From: an uncultured Actinomycetes bacterium
Lineage (GTDB): Bacteria > Actinomycetota > Thermoleophilia > Miltoncostaeales > Miltoncostaeaceae
NCBI GenBank assembly: GCA_937862675.1
Contig: CALMEC010000065.1
Location: 1-33,308, forward strand
Direction: 5' to 3'
DNA length: 33,308 nt
The notes under the pieces were generated by a model. That model saw only the letters and a list, made by a program, of their open reading frames with translations. It ran no database searches and was not told the DNA's origin. The translations under genes and the position numbers were made by a program. Positions 8,005-15,143 of the stretch are shown here, in pieces; positions within the stretch are counted from its first letter, which is position 1; every line of letters starts with the position of its first letter.

Positions 8005-8741
8005 GGATCCATGCGGTGCCCGGGCTGCCGGAGGTCCATCCCGGGGACCCCCTGCCCGAGATGATCGCGCGCGCGGTCGCCGACGAGGGGGGAGCGCCCG
8101 GCGACGTCGTCGTCGTCGCCCAGAAGATCGTGAGCAAGGCGGAGGGGCGCCTGGTGCGGATCGCCGACGTGCGCCCCGGACCGTCCGCGGAGCTCCTGGC
8201 CGAGGAGACCGGCCGCGACCCGCGGATGTGCGAGCTCATCCTCTCCGAGAGCCGACGCATCGTGCGACGGCGGAACTCCACGCTGATCTGCGAGACCCGT
8301 CACGGCTTCATCTGCGCGAACGCCGGGATCGACGCCTCCAACGTCCGGTACGGCCACGTCGTGCTCCTCCCCGTCGACCCGGACCGCAGCGCCCGGCACC
8401 TGCAGTCGGCGATCTCCGCGCGCGTCGGCGGTCGCGTCGGGGTCGTCATCACCGACACCCACGGGCGGGCGTTCCGCCGCGGCATCATCAACGTCGCGAT
8501 CGGCGTCGCCGGCTTCCGCGCGGTCGTGGACCACCGCGGTGGGTCCGATCGCGAAGGTCGTACACTGGTTGCAACCGAGCAGGCGCTCGCCGACGAGCTG
8601 GCGGCGGCAGGAGGGATCATGATGGACAAAGGTGGGGGATTCCCCGTGGTGATCGTGTCCGGGGTCGTGACGGACCCCGCTCCCGGAGGGGCGGACGCAT
8701 TGGTGCGTCCCGCCGAGTACGACCTCTTCCGCGGCCAGTGA
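8001..8741 (+). CDS. cofE: F420-0:gamma-glutamyl ligase, short stand-alone form (246 aa)
   Basis: ATG at 8001 overlaps the cofC stop (ATGA). Motifs are VVVAQKIVSKAEGR, ETRHGFICANAGIDASN and VVITDTHGRAFRRG. There is no C-terminal nitroreductase-like domain. Confidence 0.85.
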   Translation: MRIHAVPGLPEVHPGDPLPEMIARAVADEGGAPGDVVVVAQKIVSKAEGRLVRIADVRPGPSAELLAEETGRDPRMCELILSESRRIVRRRNSTLICETRHGFICANAGIDASNVRYGHVVLLPVDPDRSARHLQSAISARVGGRVGVVITDTHGRAFRRGIINVAIGVAGFRAVVDHRGGSDREGRTLVATEQALADELAAAGGIMMDKGGGFPVVIVSGVVTDPAPGGADALVRPAEYDLFRGQ

Positions 8742-10126
8742 GCGCCGCCGACGTCATCGCGGGGCTCGGGCGTCCGCTCCGCGTCGCCGTCGTCGGCGCC
8801 GGTCCGGCGGGGTTCTACGCCATCGAGCACCTCACCAAGTCGGAGATCGAGGTCGAGGTCGACCTGATCGACCGGCTGCCGACCCCGTACGGCCTCGTCC
8901 GCGGCGGCGTCGCCCCCGACCATCAGAAGATCAAGTCCGTCACGAAGGCCTACGAGCGGATCGCCTCCGCGCCCGGCGTCCGCTACTACGGGCTCGTCGA
9001 GTTCGGCACCCACGTGACGCTCGAGGACCTCAAGCGTCACTATGACGTGATCATCCTCTCGGTGGGTGCCCCCCACGACCGGAGGATGGGGATCGAGGGC
9101 GAGGAGCTTCCCGGCAGCATCTCGGCCACGGACTTCGTCGCCTGGTACAACGGCCATCCCGACTACCGCGACCTCGAGGTCGACCTCTCCGTGGAGTCGG
9201 CCGTCGTCGTCGGCGCCGGCAACGTCGCCATCGACGTCGCGCGCATCCTCGTCACCGATCCCGATGACCTCGCCACGACGGACATCGCCGATCACGCCCT
9301 CGAGGCGCTCCGCGCGAGCCGGATCCGGCATGTGACGATGCTGGCCCGCCGCGGTCCGGCGCAGGCGGCGTTCACCCCGAAGGAGCTGCGCGAGCTCGGG
9401 GAGCTGGCCGGGGTGACGTTCGTCGTCGACCCCGCCGCCCTCGAGCTCGACCCGGAGACGGAGGCCGCCCTCGACGAGGACGCACGCCGCAACCTCGACG
9501 CCCTGGCCCCGCTCGTCGGGCGCACGCCGGCCGAGGGAGACCGGATCCTCGAGTTCCGCTTCCTCGTCTCGCCCACGGCGCTCATCGGGGAGTCCCGCGT
9601 CGAGGAGGTCGCGATCGTCGAGAACGAGCTGGTGCGTGACGGCGACAGCATGCGTCCGCGGGCGACCGATCGCACCGACACCATCCCCGCCGGCCTCGTC
9701 CTGCGGGCGGTCGGCTATCGCGGTGCGCCGCTCGACGGCGTCGCGTTCGACGAGCGCGCCGGGGTGGTCCCGCACGACGGGGGACGCATCCTGGACGCGC
9801 CGGGCGGCGGGGTCGTCACGGGTCTCTACACGGCCGGGTGGATCAAGCGCGGTCCGCAGGGCGTGATCGGCACGAACAAGGCCTGCGCCGCGGAGACGGT
9901 GCGCACACTCCTGGACGACATCGCCGAGGGGCGCATCGAGCCCGCGTCGGACCCCTCCGCGGAGGCGGCCGACGCCCTCTACCGCCGCCGGGTCGAGCGC
10001 CCGGTCAGCTGGGAGGACTGGATCCGCATCAACGCCGCCGAGATCGCCCAGGGCGAGGCCGAGGGCCGTCCGCGGCGGAAGTTCGTCGACGTCCCGTCCA
10101 TGCTCGCCGTGCTCGACGAGGCCTGA
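8738..10126 (+). CDS. fprA: FprA-type (adrenodoxin-reductase-like) NADPH:ferredoxin oxidoreductase flavoprotein
   Basis: GTG at 8738 overlaps the cofE stop (GTGA). 462 aa. Motifs are VAVVGAGPAGFY, LPTPYGLVRGGVAPDHQKIK, a second dinucleotide fold VVGAGNVAIDVARIL, and GWIKRGPQGVIGTNK. It is collinear with M. tuberculosis FprA as I recall it. Confidence 0.78.
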   Translation: MSAADVIAGLGRPLRVAVVGAGPAGFYAIEHLTKSEIEVEVDLIDRLPTPYGLVRGGVAPDHQKIKSVTKAYERIASAPGVRYYGLVEFGTHVTLEDLKRHYDVIILSVGAPHDRRMGIEGEELPGSISATDFVAWYNGHPDYRDLEVDLSVESAVVVGAGNVAIDVARILVTDPDDLATTDIADHALEALRASRIRHVTMLARRGPAQAAFTPKELRELGELAGVTFVVDPAALELDPETEAALDEDARRNLDALAPLVGRTPAEGDRILEFRFLVSPTALIGESRVEEVAIVENELVRDGDSMRPRATDRTDTIPAGLVLRAVGYRGAPLDGVAFDERAGVVPHDGGRILDAPGGGVVTGLYTAGWIKRGPQGVIGTNKACAAETVRTLLDDIAEGRIEPASDPSAEAADALYRRRVERPVSWEDWIRINAAEIAQGEAEGRPRRKFVDVPSMLAVLDEA

Positions 10127-10135
10127 GACGGCTCC

Positions 10136-10164
10136 GATCGCCGGCGCTCCGGGCGCCGGCGATC
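10136..10164. terminator. Bidirectional hairpin shared by the two convergent F420 gene strings
   Basis: GATCGCCGGCGC (10136..10147), a 5-nt loop, then GCGCCGGCGATC (10153..10164). It sits in the 36-nt gap between fprA and cofH and touches the cofH stop codon. Confidence 0.6.
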
Positions 10165-11992
10165 AGGCGACCGGTTCCGGCGACTCCAGCCGGGCGTACA
10201 TCGTCGACCGCTGCACCGGGATGCGTCCGGCGGCGGTGATGACCTCGCGGAAGTCCTCCGGCGTGGCGAGCTGACCGTGGCTGGCTCCGGCCGCGCGGCT
10301 GATGTTCTCGTCCATGAGCGTCCCGCCCAGGTCGTTGCAGCCGGCGCGCAAGAGCCGGGCGCCGCCGTCCAGGCCGAGCTTGACCCAGGAGGCCTGGATG
10401 TTGGGGATGAGCCCGTCGAAGGCGATCCGGCCCACGGCGTGGACGAGGACGACCTCGTCCCAGGTCGGCCCGGGCCGGGAGCGGCCCTGCAGATAGATGG
10501 GGGCGCCCATGTGGACGAACGGCAGCGGGACGAACTCGGTGAAGCCGCCGGTCTGGCGCTGGATGTGGCGGACGACCTCGAAGTGGTTGGCCCAGGCGGC
10601 GGGTGAGTCGATGTGGCCGAACATGAGGGTGTTGTTCGACCTGAGGCCCAGCTCGTGCGCCGTGATGTGGACCTCGGCCCACTCCGCGCTGCGGATCTTG
10701 TCCGGGCACAGGAACCGGCGCACGCCGTCGTCCAGCACCTCGGCCGCCGTCCCCGGGAGGGTCCCCAGGCCGGCCTCGCGCAGCCGGATGAGCAGCTCGC
10801 GCACGGACACCCCTGCCGTCTGCGCGCCCTGCCAGACCTCCAGGGCGGTGAACCCGTGGACGTGCATGGAGGGCAGGCGGTCCTTGATGGCCTTGCAGAC
10901 CGACACGTAGAAGTCGCCGGTGAAGTCCGGGTGGATGCCGCCCTGCAGGCACACCTCGGTGGCGCCGCGGTCGGCGGCCTCGACGGCGCGCTCCACGACC
11001 TCCTCGATCGGCACGAGATACGGTGCGCCGCGCAGGTTGAGGCTCTTCGGCCCCTTGGAGAACCCGCAGAAGCCGCAGCGGAAGTAGCAGAGGTTGGTGT
11101 AGTTGATGTTGCGGTTGATGACCCAGGTGACCTCGTCGCCGCAGGTGCGCTCGCGCAGCGTGTCGGCCACCTTCGCGATGTGCTCGACCTCGTCGCCGCG
11201 TGCGCGGAAGAGCCGCTCCACCTCGTCGCGGGTCGGCGGGATGCCGTCCAGGGAGCGGTCGAGGATCGCGGCGAGATCCGCCGGGGGAGGGGCGACGGGC
11301 CGTTCCGCCCAGGCGGCGTCGGAGTACGCGATCGACAGGCGGCGCGGGGGGACGGGCGGAGCCATGTCGACGCCCGGCGCCCAGCCGTGCGTCGGCCGGC
11401 GGTACCCGGACGCGTCGATCTGGTCCAGGTAGACCTTGAGGACCGGTCTCGAGAGGCGCTCGCGTGCGATGTCGATGTCGAGGAACGGCGGCAGGGCGGC
11501 ACGCTCCACGAGGACGTCGGGTGCGATCCGGTCGCGCAGGAGGGCGACCGCGGCGTCGTCCCAGTCGTCGACGACGACGTCGTCGACGCCGAGCGCGACG
11601 GCGTCGGCGGCCGCGTCGACGTCCTCGGCCTCGATCTGCGCACGCGCGCCGCAGGAGGGGAGCCCGCACAGCGCGGTGGCCTCGGTGATCCGGGTCAGGT
11701 CGGTGCGGAGGTAGGCCGCCCCCGTCCGCACGAGCACGTCGAGGGTGTCGGCCCGCGACCCCGAGTGGCGCACCGTGACGCGCCAGGGGTCGGTGCCGCC
11801 GGCGACCAGGGCCGACGCCTCGTCGGCCGCGACGACCGCCGCGGCGTGCACCGTCGCCTCCGCGCTCGTGGTGATCGGGAGGCGCCCGGCCGACAGGGCG
11901 GCCGCGAGCTCGGCGTCGGTGAACGCGGGCGCCTCGGTGCAGGTCGCGGCGGCCGACGTCCCACGGCGAAGCAGCGTGATCGTGCGACTCAT
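10163..11992 (-). CDS. cofH: F0 synthase radical-SAM subunit CofH with an N-terminal extension of about 235 aa (609 aa)
   Basis: I take the start as ATG 11992, which overlaps the cofG stop (ATGA). The track ORF extends to 12325, but that part overlaps cofG. The radical-SAM motif CYFRCGFCGFS sits at residues 302-309. The C-terminal region is typical of CofH/FbiC-C (GGIHPD, GLGTLPGTAAEVL, MFGH, GGFTEFVPLPF). Confidence 0.82.
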   Translation of the reverse strand: MSRTITLLRRGTSAAATCTEAPAFTDAELAAALSAGRLPITTSAEATVHAAAVVAADEASALVAGGTDPWRVTVRHSGSRADTLDVLVRTGAAYLRTDLTRITEATALCGLPSCGARAQIEAEDVDAAADAVALGVDDVVVDDWDDAAVALLRDRIAPDVLVERAALPPFLDIDIARERLSRPVLKVYLDQIDASGYRRPTHGWAPGVDMAPPVPPRRLSIAYSDAAWAERPVAPPPADLAAILDRSLDGIPPTRDEVERLFRARGDEVEHIAKVADTLRERTCGDEVTWVINRNINYTNLCYFRCGFCGFSKGPKSLNLRGAPYLVPIEEVVERAVEAADRGATEVCLQGGIHPDFTGDFYVSVCKAIKDRLPSMHVHGFTALEVWQGAQTAGVSVRELLIRLREAGLGTLPGTAAEVLDDGVRRFLCPDKIRSAEWAEVHITAHELGLRSNNTLMFGHIDSPAAWANHFEVVRHIQRQTGGFTEFVPLPFVHMGAPIYLQGRSRPGPTWDEVVLVHAVGRIAFDGLIPNIQASWVKLGLDGGARLLRAGCNDLGGTLMDENISRAAGASHGQLATPEDFREVITAAGRIPVQRSTMYARLESPEPVA

Positions 11993-13209
11993 GCCGGTGC
12001 CCCCACCCTCGTCGGATATCCCGCCGGATCCGTCATCCGCCGGACGTGGTCCCGGACGGCCGGGGAGACCCACTCGTCGCGGTGGACGTACTCCGGGTAG
12101 ATCGTGAGACGCTCGCGCAGCTCGTATCCGGCGTCCGCGCACAGCCGGGAGATCTGGCCCAGCTCCGGCCACGGGGCCTCGGGGTTGATGAAGTCGGGCG
12201 TGAGCGGCGAGATGCCGCCCCAGTCGTTGATGCCAGCGACGAGCAGCGGCCCGTAGTCGGCCGACAGGTTCGGCGGCGCCTGGATGTTCATCTCCGGTCC
12301 CATGACGATGCGGGTGATCGCGCACGCGCTCATGAGGTCGATGAGCCCCGGCTCACCGGCCTCGGCCATCGGCGTGTCCGGCTTGGAGCGGAAGTTCTGG
12401 ACGATGACCTCCTGGATGTGCCCGTACCGGTCGTGGAGGTCGCGCAGGGCGAAGATCGCGTCGATGCGCTCGGCCGTGGTCTCGCCGATGCCGATGAGGA
12501 TGCCGCTCGTGAAGGGGATCCGGAGCTCTCCGGCCTTGCGGATCATGGCCAGCCGCGTCGCGGGTTTCTTGTCCGGGGCGTGCTCGTGCGGGCCACCCGG
12601 GCCGCAGAGCCGTGCCGCCGTGGTCTCGAGCATGATGCCCTGGCTCGGCGCCACCTCGCGGAGCTCGGCGAGCTCGCGCCGTGACATCACGCCGGCGTTG
12701 GGGTGGGGGAGCAGGCCGGTCTCCTCGATGACCCGCCGGCACATGTCCACGAGGTAGGCGTGCGTGGAGGAGTACCCCCAGCGCTTGAGGAGCGCCCGGT
12801 ATCCCGGCCAGCGCGCCTCGGGGCGGTCGCCCAGGCAGAAGAGCGCCTCCTTGCATCCCATCGCCGCGCCGTCCGCGCAGACCTGGAGCACCTCGTCGGG
12901 CCCCATGGTGTGGGCGGCGACGGCGTCCTCGTCCTGCGCGAAGGTGCAGTAGCTGCACACGTCGCGGCAGAGGTTCGTCAGCGGGATGAAGACCTTGGGC
13001 GAGTAGGTGACCCACGGTCCGTGGCCCCGGTCGCGGATGGCCGCGGCGACGGCCCACAGGGCGGGATGCTCGGCCCCCTGGACGTCGGCGAGCACCGCGG
13101 CCTCGTCCGGGCCGATGCGCTCACCGTCGAGTGCGCGCTCCAGGAGTCCGCGGAGCGCGGGGCGCACGGCGGGGAACGCCGCGAGGTCCGGTGTCGACAC
13201 GGTGCTCAC
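11989..13209 (-). CDS. cofG: F0 synthase radical-SAM subunit CofG (406 aa)
   Basis: GTG 13209 overlaps the stop of the upstream crotonase gene (GTGA). Motifs are TYSPKVFIPLTNLCRDVCSYCTF (CxxxCxxC), GCKEALF, FTSGILIGIGET and VIVQNF. Confidence 0.85.
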   Translation of the reverse strand: MSTVSTPDLAAFPAVRPALRGLLERALDGERIGPDEAAVLADVQGAEHPALWAVAAAIRDRGHGPWVTYSPKVFIPLTNLCRDVCSYCTFAQDEDAVAAHTMGPDEVLQVCADGAAMGCKEALFCLGDRPEARWPGYRALLKRWGYSSTHAYLVDMCRRVIEETGLLPHPNAGVMSRRELAELREVAPSQGIMLETTAARLCGPGGPHEHAPDKKPATRLAMIRKAGELRIPFTSGILIGIGETTAERIDAIFALRDLHDRYGHIQEVIVQNFRSKPDTPMAEAGEPGLIDLMSACAITRIVMGPEMNIQAPPNLSADYGPLLVAGINDWGGISPLTPDFINPEAPWPELGQISRLCADAGYELRERLTIYPEYVHRDEWVSPAVRDHVRRMTDPAGYPTRVGAPA

Positions 13210-14012
13210 CCGGGCTCAGGCCCCTCTCCGCCGCGGAACTTCCGCCAGTCGGGCTTGCGCTTCTCCTGGAACGAGGCGATGCCCTCCTTGGGCTCCTCGC
13301 CGTAGGCGTGGTTGAGCGCCACGAGCTCGATCCCGTGCTGGACGGCGGAGTAGAGCTGGTCGGTCGCGGTGTTCATCGCGATCTTCGCGAGACGGAGCCC
13401 CACCGGCGAGCGCTGGAGGATCTGCTCGCACCAGCGGTCGACCTCGGCGTCGAGCTCGTCGTCCGGGACGACCTTGTTGATGAGGCCCATGGCCTCGGCC
13501 TCGTAGGCCGTGTACTGGCGGGTGAGGTAGAGGATCTCGCGCGCCTTCTTCTCGCCGACGACAGCGGGCATGAGCTGGCAGCCCCACCACAGGGGCGCCG
13601 AGCCGATCTTCGGGCCGGCCTGGCCGAAGCGCCCGGACTCGCCGCTGATGGTGAGGTCGCACATGACGTTCAGCTCGTTGCCGCCGCCGATGCAGTAGCC
13701 GCGGACCTTCAGGAGGACGGGCTTGCCGTTGTTGCGGATCGCCACGGCGAGCCGGTCGTGCAGGTGGTGGAGGTGACGCTTCTCGTGGATCGTCCGCGTG
13801 GGATCGCGCACGTCGCCGCCGACGCAGAACGCCTTCTCACCGGCCCCGGTGAAGACGATGACGCCGACCCGCTCGTCGTCCGCGGCGGCCTCGAAGGCCT
13901 CGGCCAGCTCCCCGACGGTCTGGACCCGGAAGGCGTTCAGACGATCCGGCCGGTTGATCGTGATCGTCGCGCGACCGTCGGCGACCTCGTAGAGGACATC
14001 TTCGAACTCCAT
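13206..14012 (-). CDS. MenB/BadI-subfamily crotonase (2-ketocyclohexanecarboxyl-CoA hydrolase-like)
   Basis: 268 aa with a GAAGGTGG SD. Motifs are ITINRPDRLNAFR, TGAGEKAFCVGGD, GYCIGGGNELNVMCDLTI, FGQAGPKIGS, VVGEKKAREI, EAEAMGLINKVVPDDELDAEV and QEKRKPDWRKF. From memory it is closer to BadI/MenB than to generic enoyl-CoA hydratases. Confidence 0.75.
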   Translation of the reverse strand: MEFEDVLYEVADGRATITINRPDRLNAFRVQTVGELAEAFEAAADDERVGVIVFTGAGEKAFCVGGDVRDPTRTIHEKRHLHHLHDRLAVAIRNNGKPVLLKVRGYCIGGGNELNVMCDLTISGESGRFGQAGPKIGSAPLWWGCQLMPAVVGEKKAREILYLTRQYTAYEAEAMGLINKVVPDDELDAEVDRWCEQILQRSPVGLRLAKIAMNTATDQLYSAVQHGIELVALNHAYGEEPKEGIASFQEKRKPDWRKFRGGEGPEPG

Positions 14013-14199
14013 CGCACCACCTTCGTTTGGGACCGCACAAGCGTCGTTGGCAAGGGCCGTATGTCACCGGCACGTCACCCAATCTTCGCACACCGGGTCA
14101 CCGCCGCCCCTCCCGCCCCGAGGGTTTACGATGTGAGACGATGACCCACATTGTGCAGCCGGTGATTGCACTTCCAAATACCGGGGTGTACGAATTGAT

Positions 14200-14217
14200 T
14201 TGTTCCAAACGGAACAA
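14200..14217. promoter_or_regulatory. Perfect palindromic operator candidate (IclR-type)
   Basis: TTGTTCC-AAAC-GGAACAA, with 7-bp perfect arms, ends 14 nt before the IclR ATG. It lies in the AT-richer divergent region shared with the badI-like/cofG/cofH operon. An extra TTCCAAA half-site is at 14172..14178. Confidence 0.6.
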
Positions 14218-14231
14218 GACACGAGTTCACG

Positions 14232-15137
14232 ATGCGAAACGTCATGACTACATCGGTGCCATTGGACATCACGCCCGACATCCCGATGGATGCGGGCAAG
14301 TACCGCATCCAGGCGATCGAGCGCGCGGTCGCGATCCTGGGCACGTTCAGTGCCCAGGAGCCGGAGCTCGGGGTGAGCGAGATCGCCTCGCGTCTCGGCC
14401 TGCACAAGTCGACCGTCCACCGCTTCGTCGTGAACCTCGAGGCGGCCGGCTTCCTCGAGCGTACGCGCAACACCGCGCGCTATCGCCTGGGGCTCCGCAT
14501 CTTCGAGCTCGGAAGCCTCGTGCTCAAGCGGATGAACCTCTGGGAGGAGGCGCTTCCCTACCTGGAGCGGCTCGTCACGGAGAGCGGGGAGACCGGGCAC
14601 CTCGCGGTGCTCGTCGCCGGCGAGGCCGTCTACGTCGAGAAGGTGGAGGCGCGCCGCTCGCTCCGCATCCCGTCCGCCATCGGACGTGGATACCCCGCGC
14701 ATGCGACCAGCCTGGGCAAGACCCTGCTGGCGCATCTCGACGACCCGGCGAGGGTCGACGAGATCATCGCCGAGCGTGGTCTCACCAAGCTGGCACCGAA
14801 CACGATCACCGACCTGGAGCGACTTCACTCCGAGCTCCGGGAGATCCGCGAACGCGGGTACGCCGTCGACGACGAGGAGTACGAGGAGGGCCTGCGGTGC
14901 ATCGGCGCTCCGATCGTCGGGCACACCGGCCAGGTCGTGGCCGCCATCGGCATGGGAGGGCCCGTCACCCGCGTGACGCCCGAGCGGGTCGATGAGCTGG
15001 GTTCTCTCGTCATGGAGGCCGCGGAGGGTCTTTCACGACGCATGGGCGCCGGGCAGTCCGGCGCATACGCCCCGACCGAGCTCCGTGTGAGAACACGAGA
15101 GCACTACTTCAACACTGACAACCCGAAGGAACGGTGA
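14232..15137 (+). CDS. IclR-family transcriptional regulator
   Basis: The N-terminal wHTH (IQAIERAVAILGTF...LGVSEIASRLGLHKSTVHRFVVNLEAAGFLER) and the C-terminal effector domain (GHLAVL, YVEKVE, AHATSLGK, GYAVDDEE, RCIGAPI) fit the family. ATG 14244 is an alternative start. Confidence 0.85.
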   Translation: MRNVMTTSVPLDITPDIPMDAGKYRIQAIERAVAILGTFSAQEPELGVSEIASRLGLHKSTVHRFVVNLEAAGFLERTRNTARYRLGLRIFELGSLVLKRMNLWEEALPYLERLVTESGETGHLAVLVAGEAVYVEKVEARRSLRIPSAIGRGYPAHATSLGKTLLAHLDDPARVDEIIAERGLTKLAPNTITDLERLHSELREIRERGYAVDDEEYEEGLRCIGAPIVGHTGQVVAAIGMGGPVTRVTPERVDELGSLVMEAAEGLSRRMGAGQSGAYAPTELRVRTREHYFNTDNPKER

Positions 15138-15143
15138 AAACGA

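Noticed and set aside
9979-11669. Two overlapping minus-strand ORFs of about 550 aa (9979..11643 and 10029..11669) in alternative frames of cofH
   Set aside because: They are same-strand out-of-frame readings. They are extremely Arg/Pro/Ser/Thr-rich, whereas the cofH frame carries the radical-SAM and CofH motifs and near-uniform G/C third positions.
11560-11700. Apparent repeats (GACGAC/GTCGTC runs giving poly-Arg or poly-Asp in several frames) as a tandem repeat or CRISPR-like feature
   Set aside because: These are short codon-level iterations encoding Asp/Val-rich protein sequence inside cofH. They have no regular repeat-spacer periodicity. No CRISPR array exists anywhere in the window.
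11440-11760. Possible quinolinate-phosphoribosyltransferase/ModD-like similarity of the CofH N-terminal extension (…AQIEAEDVDAAADAVALGVDDVVVDD…)
   Set aside because: It resembles only one short motif (IEVEV…AGAD.I.LDN). Key catalytic motifs are absent. This is too weak to assert without a profile search.
11993-12325. Upstream extension of the cofH ORF to ATG 12325 (720 aa)
   Set aside because: This part overlaps the 3' end of cofG in another frame and translates to Arg/Pro/Gly junk. ATG 11992 forms the classic ATGA overlap with the cofG stop.
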